From IMG/VR virus record IMGVR_UViG_3300048625_000299, positions 124,001 to 188,000 of that record: a stretch of DNA of 64,000 nt; one strand, written 5' to 3'. The notes beneath the pieces are model-generated. The model did not search any database and was not told the origin of the DNA. It was given only the letters and a program-made list of their open reading frames with translations. Position numbers and translations under genes: made by a program. This document shows positions 60,267-64,000 of this stretch, one piece after another (position 1 is the stretch's first letter; every line of letters begins with the position of its first letter).

Positions 60267-60288
60267 ATTATAATGTGTTGAGGAACGT

Positions 60289-61326
60289 ATGTATATTTAT
60301 CGTGATGGAATAGAATCTTTGCACATCGAGCTTACAAATAAATGTAACGCTCGATGTCCCCAGTGCTCGAGAACGAATAATGTAGAGATTGAAAATAGCC
60401 AAGTAGAGATCACAATACAACAGTTCAAGTCTTTTTTTGATGTTGGGTTCATCCAAAAACTGAAGAAGGTTAAGTTTTGTGGGAATTTTGGCGATCCTGC
60501 GATGGCTAAAGACTGCATCGCTATACACGAATACATTACTGATTGCAATCCTAACATTAACCTATCATTCGATACCAATGGCGGCATCCGCACGACTACG
60601 TTTTGGAAACAACTAGGTAGATTCTACATTGACAAGCCAGAGAGCCATATAATATTTCATATCGATGGTTTGGAGGATACCAATCACATATACAGAGCAG
60701 ATGTCAGCTTCTCCAATGTAATGAAGAACGCAAGGGCGGCGATTTCGACTGGTGCGAATGTGGTTTGGGCATTTATTCCATTCATGCACAATGAGCATCA
60801 AGTAGAGGAGGCTGAGCAAATATCAAAGCAAATGGGATTCACTACGTTTGCTGTTAAGATAAGCTCGAGGTTTGAACATAAGCTCAAACCATTTCCATAC
60901 CGCGATTCTAAAACAGGAATCACCAAGCACATATATCCAGCAACCTCTTCTGAGTTCAACGTGAATGCATTATTAGCCAACCTTGATGAGCCGGTATGTG
61001 CTGCAGAAAAAAGGAAAGAAGTATACGTAGATGCTAGAGGCAGAGTCCACCCATGCTGTTGGTATGGGTCGGGGTATGAGACTAATCAAGATTTTAGACA
61101 AGCCGTCGATGCTCAACATAATCCTCACCTGAACGCCACGCCAATATGCGATGCTACTAATACACAACTATTCCACAACATCAAACAAGCATGGACGGTA
61201 GCAGACAACATACTAGCCAAACCTTGCCACAAGAAGTGTAGTGGTAGAGTGATGAATTTCTGGATGATAGATGGCGAAATTACACCACAGAAGAACTACG
61301 CTGAATGGCTAAGGGAAGACCTATGA
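60289..61326 (+). CDS. Radical SAM enzyme with SPASM/twitch-like C-terminus
   Basis: CNARCPQC (CxxxCxxC); FCGNFGDP; VDARG.VHPCCW...CHKKC. Confidence 0.9.
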   Translation: MYIYRDGIESLHIELTNKCNARCPQCSRTNNVEIENSQVEITIQQFKSFFDVGFIQKLKKVKFCGNFGDPAMAKDCIAIHEYITDCNPNINLSFDTNGGIRTTTFWKQLGRFYIDKPESHIIFHIDGLEDTNHIYRADVSFSNVMKNARAAISTGANVVWAFIPFMHNEHQVEEAEQISKQMGFTTFAVKISSRFEHKLKPFPYRDSKTGITKHIYPATSSEFNVNALLANLDEPVCAAEKRKEVYVDARGRVHPCCWYGSGYETNQDFRQAVDAQHNPHLNATPICDATNTQLFHNIKQAWTVADNILAKPCHKKCSGRVMNFWMIDGEITPQKNYAEWLREDL

Positions 61327-61910
61327 TATTCACAACCGATGTTGGTAATATAAATGTCACAATTGCTGACGTTATCACGGATGATTTTCAGTTCTTGATG
61401 GATGGTGCAGCGGCAGAGCGGGCCATTGATTATGCACGACTCGAGTTAGGAAAGAAGTATGAATATAGCGTCGTACTTTCATACAATAGCATACCATATG
61501 GTTTCTTCTTGATGTGTAATGGAGGCAGATATGCACCCAACGTGCTACGCGTATACACCAAGCTGTATACTATACCTCAGTTCAGATCCGCAGCTAATAT
61601 AGATAAATTCCTGCTGCCAGGAGACACTGCTGGCAGAGTGATGTATCAATCGCATAGTATAATCGCCAACTTCGTTGAGGATATACTACCGACAACAGAA
61701 ATCAAACCATACGATTTATACTTCTACTCGCGCGCTCCTGGAGACACTCTGATAGTATCGCTGATGAATAAATTCGCAAGAGTCAAATGGACTGCCGTCG
61801 ACGACATAGTGTTCCTTACAGGGCGGAAAGAATCAGATCCGCACTGTTGGAAGCATATTGTATATAAAGGCGACTTGGCGGCATTCACTCAACCATCAAG
61901 ACCTATTTAA
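61323..61910 (+). CDS. Hypothetical protein, possibly GNAT-like
   Basis: LRVYTKLYTIPQFR resembles GNAT motif A; weak. Confidence 0.4.
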   Translation: MIFTTDVGNINVTIADVITDDFQFLMDGAAAERAIDYARLELGKKYEYSVVLSYNSIPYGFFLMCNGGRYAPNVLRVYTKLYTIPQFRSAANIDKFLLPGDTAGRVMYQSHSIIANFVEDILPTTEIKPYDLYFYSRAPGDTLIVSLMNKFARVKWTAVDDIVFLTGRKESDPHCWKHIVYKGDLAAFTQPSRPI

Positions 61911-62594
61911 TATCCGAACGATCGCAGCACCCAAATCCCATTTGCCGAATACTGGATCACGTGGATGTTGGTGGTGGTGGTCGTGGTAAGTTTCGCCAGC
62001 TAGTAGCCAAGCGAGATATGGCCTGCTGATTGCTTTGCCGTCCTTATGTCCGAGGTAGTTCACTGAAGCCTGTCCTAAGAACCCATATGTATTGATAATG
62101 GTCCACGATATAGGACCAAAGAGTATGCTCATCACTACAAACCCAAGTATTGCGACCGGTAGGTAGTACTTCATTTGAGCTTGGTACAGTGGATTGCGTA
62201 AATTTGTTTTATTGGCGTATGCCATATTAAAATCATAATATGCAATCATCAAGTTAGCCCAAAGCCCCTTATGTGGACCGTGTGGATCTCTGTCGGTGTC
62301 GACGTATCTGTGGTGCTTATTGTGTGTCGCTGCCCACGACAGTACTTGCGTAAACGCAAAAGCCGCACCGAGCACCAAAAACATTACTTCTGCCCATCTA
62401 GGACATTCCCAAGCATAGTGCGTGACGTACCTGTGGTAATATGCCGACACTACGCCAGCCACAATTACCATACCTGCTATGAACCAAAGAATATACACCC
62501 ATTGTGGGTCAGTTATCAGTGTGTATAGTGTAAAGGCCGTACTAGCGAAGAATATTGTTTGTTGGATTATCTTTTGCATCCATGTTGGAATCAT
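61896..62594 (-). CDS. Membrane fatty-acid (delta-9-like) desaturase
   Basis: Three His boxes HRYVTH, HNKHH, HDHHH; DTDRDPHGP; TM segments. Confidence 0.9.
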   Translation of the reverse strand: MIPTWMQKIIQQTIFFASTAFTLYTLITDPQWVYILWFIAGMVIVAGVVSAYYHRYVTHYAWECPRWAEVMFLVLGAAFAFTQVLSWAATHNKHHRYVDTDRDPHGPHKGLWANLMIAYYDFNMAYANKTNLRNPLYQAQMKYYLPVAILGFVVMSILFGPISWTIINTYGFLGQASVNYLGHKDGKAISRPYLAWLLAGETYHDHHHQHPRDPVFGKWDLGAAIVRILNRS

Positions 62595-63400
62595 GGGGTC
62601 ACCTCATACGTCAGATCTATGTTGAATTCTTTTAGGCTTTCTTTTGCCTTCCAGTAGTTATCTCCCTCTACTGCAGACATCATCGCATCTTTATCGGTCC
62701 ACATGAATTCATATATGCGACTGGTTGGCGTATTGCTGCCCTTGCACCCATACACCTTTTTAGTTTTGTAAAACGACTCATTCATAAATGGCATCATAAA
62801 GTTTTGCTCGATTGTGGACCGAATGTCTTGAATGCCGTCGAACATACCAATCATATCGCTGTTGGTATAATCATACTCGACTCGTAGGCCATATGTTTGC
62901 TTTGGTGACGTATCGTCACATGCATACTCAGTCATAATAAAATGTGTGCGAGGCATTACGCCACCGTTGACTGCTGTGTGATGAGCCTCAGCTGAATTGA
63001 TCTGGCGGATACGACCGTCCGCTGGTAGATGATAACCTCGTTGCTTATCATAATCATAATAAAAGCTGCCACGATTCTCGATTACAGACAAGTGGTATTT
63101 GTTATCAGGGTCATTGTGGTGACGCAAACAGAATCCAGCTGGCAGAATAATGAACACCGATCTGTTCATTTTGAATGGCATGTCGGCAATCACACGTTCG
63201 AATATTGTATCCTTGAGGACGGGATTGATAATCGGTCTATGGAAATATGTGTAGTCTTCAAACTCTGGATCTTCTGCGAAGCATGCCTGCAATATACCAT
63301 TGCGCGCAACGTTGGGGAGGATCTTCGTCTCCCAATCATGTTTGACTTCTGCTGGATCGTATAGGAAATCACCAAACAACTGTACTGATTCATGCATCAT
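62591..63400 (-). CDS. Asp/Asn beta-hydroxylase-like 2OG-Fe(II) cupin
   Basis: LRHHND (HxD)...YHL...HHTAVNGG..PRTHFI. Confidence 0.7.
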   Translation of the reverse strand: MMHESVQLFGDFLYDPAEVKHDWETKILPNVARNGILQACFAEDPEFEDYTYFHRPIINPVLKDTIFERVIADMPFKMNRSVFIILPAGFCLRHHNDPDNKYHLSVIENRGSFYYDYDKQRGYHLPADGRIRQINSAEAHHTAVNGGVMPRTHFIMTEYACDDTSPKQTYGLRVEYDYTNSDMIGMFDGIQDIRSTIEQNFMMPFMNESFYKTKKVYGCKGSNTPTSRIYEFMWTDKDAMMSAVEGDNYWKAKESLKEFNIDLTYEVTP

Positions 63401-63594
63401 ACTCTTGTCCTTACTGATGAATTGTGTGCCGATGTTGGTAGGGAGAAGTCGTATGCTGCGAATTTGTTTTGATTGATTTGCTTGATCAAATCTTCATATG
63501 CTAGTGTGGCTGTCATCCCAATTCCCATATACACTCTCTCATCGACACGTAGCAGTGCCATGGTTTTTCCAGCTTGTGTTGAATACCTTATCAC
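63397..63594 (-). CDS. Small hypothetical protein
   Basis: Fills gap in minus-strand operon with overlapping junction. Confidence 0.55.
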   Translation of the reverse strand: MIRYSTQAGKTMALLRVDERVYMGIGMTATLAYEDLIKQINQNKFAAYDFSLPTSAHNSSVRTRV

Positions 63595-63595
63595 A

Positions 63596-64000
63596 TCAAC
63601 CTCTCTCTATAATCATACTTGCACACTTGCCGCCAAATCCAAATGAATTATTCAACGTCTTAGTAATTGCGCGTTTTGTTGGATGCATGACGACTCCTGC
63701 GTGCTTAGTGACCACACATCCTTGTGTATGTGGTACGATTCCACGGTTCATGGATATGATGCTGTAGATTGTCTCTAATACACCAGCGGCCGCAAACGTG
63801 TGTCCTATCTTACCTTTGTTCGAATACACAGGCAGCAACCCACAAACATCGATGATCGCATCATACTCTACTTCATCGCCACCCGGTGTAGAAGTTCCAT
63901 GTGCATTGACTACGTCCGGACTGCCGCCGTATTTGATAGCTTGCTCCATTGCGGTCCTAGCACCCTCGCCACTAGGCAATGTGCGGTTAAATGCATCCGA
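63596..64000 (-). CDS. Beta-ketoacyl-ACP synthase (FabF/FabB) C-terminal part; 5' end outside window
   Basis: VNAHGTSTP.GD..E...SNKGKIGHTFAAAG..E...NNSFGFGG. Confidence 0.92.
   Translation of the reverse strand, partial: SDAFNRTLPSGEGARTAMEQAIKYGGSPDVVNAHGTSTPGGDEVEYDAIIDVCGLLPVYSNKGKIGHTFAAAGVLETIYSIISMNRGIVPHTQGCVVTKHAGVVMHPTKRAITKTLNNSFGFGGKCASMIIERG

Noticed and set aside
1-64000. Alternative genetic code, inteins or introns in core genes
   Set aside because: Core genes translate full-length in code 11 with expected motifs; TAA, TAG and TGA all act as stops; no unexplained insertions seen

Overview
64-kb segment of a large lytic T4-like myovirus genome (uncultured freshwater/cyanomyovirus-like gene order). 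The two-piece tmRNA hints at a betaproteobacterial host; this is inference. Layout: (1) 1-13.4 kb, ~45 small overlapping + strand hypothetical genes, including ~10 paralogs of one scaffold family. (2) 13.4-14.75 kb, a lone minus-strand NUMOD3 gene and a non-coding repeat/iteron-like region. (3) 14.75-21.7 kb, an array of ~16 related sigma70-type promoter modules, each driving 1-3 small genes or a candidate small RNA, bracketed by shared non-coding motifs. (4) 22-30.2 kb, DUF932, a circularly permuted tmRNA, a SleB-like hydrolase and gp33-gp59-gp32. (5) 30.3-55.9 kb, baseplate/tail module (tape-measure-like, gp51/gp26 with a likely -1 frameshift, gp54, gp2, gp4, gp48, gp53, hub, gp5, PAAR, gp25, gp6, gp7, gp8, DUF4815, fibres). 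(6) 55.9-64 kb, tailoring-enzyme island (glycosyltransferases, 2OG/Fe oxygenases, QueC-like, methyltransferase, radical SAM, desaturase, FabF/B; truncated by the window edge). All family calls come from motif recognition by eye; no database searches were run.
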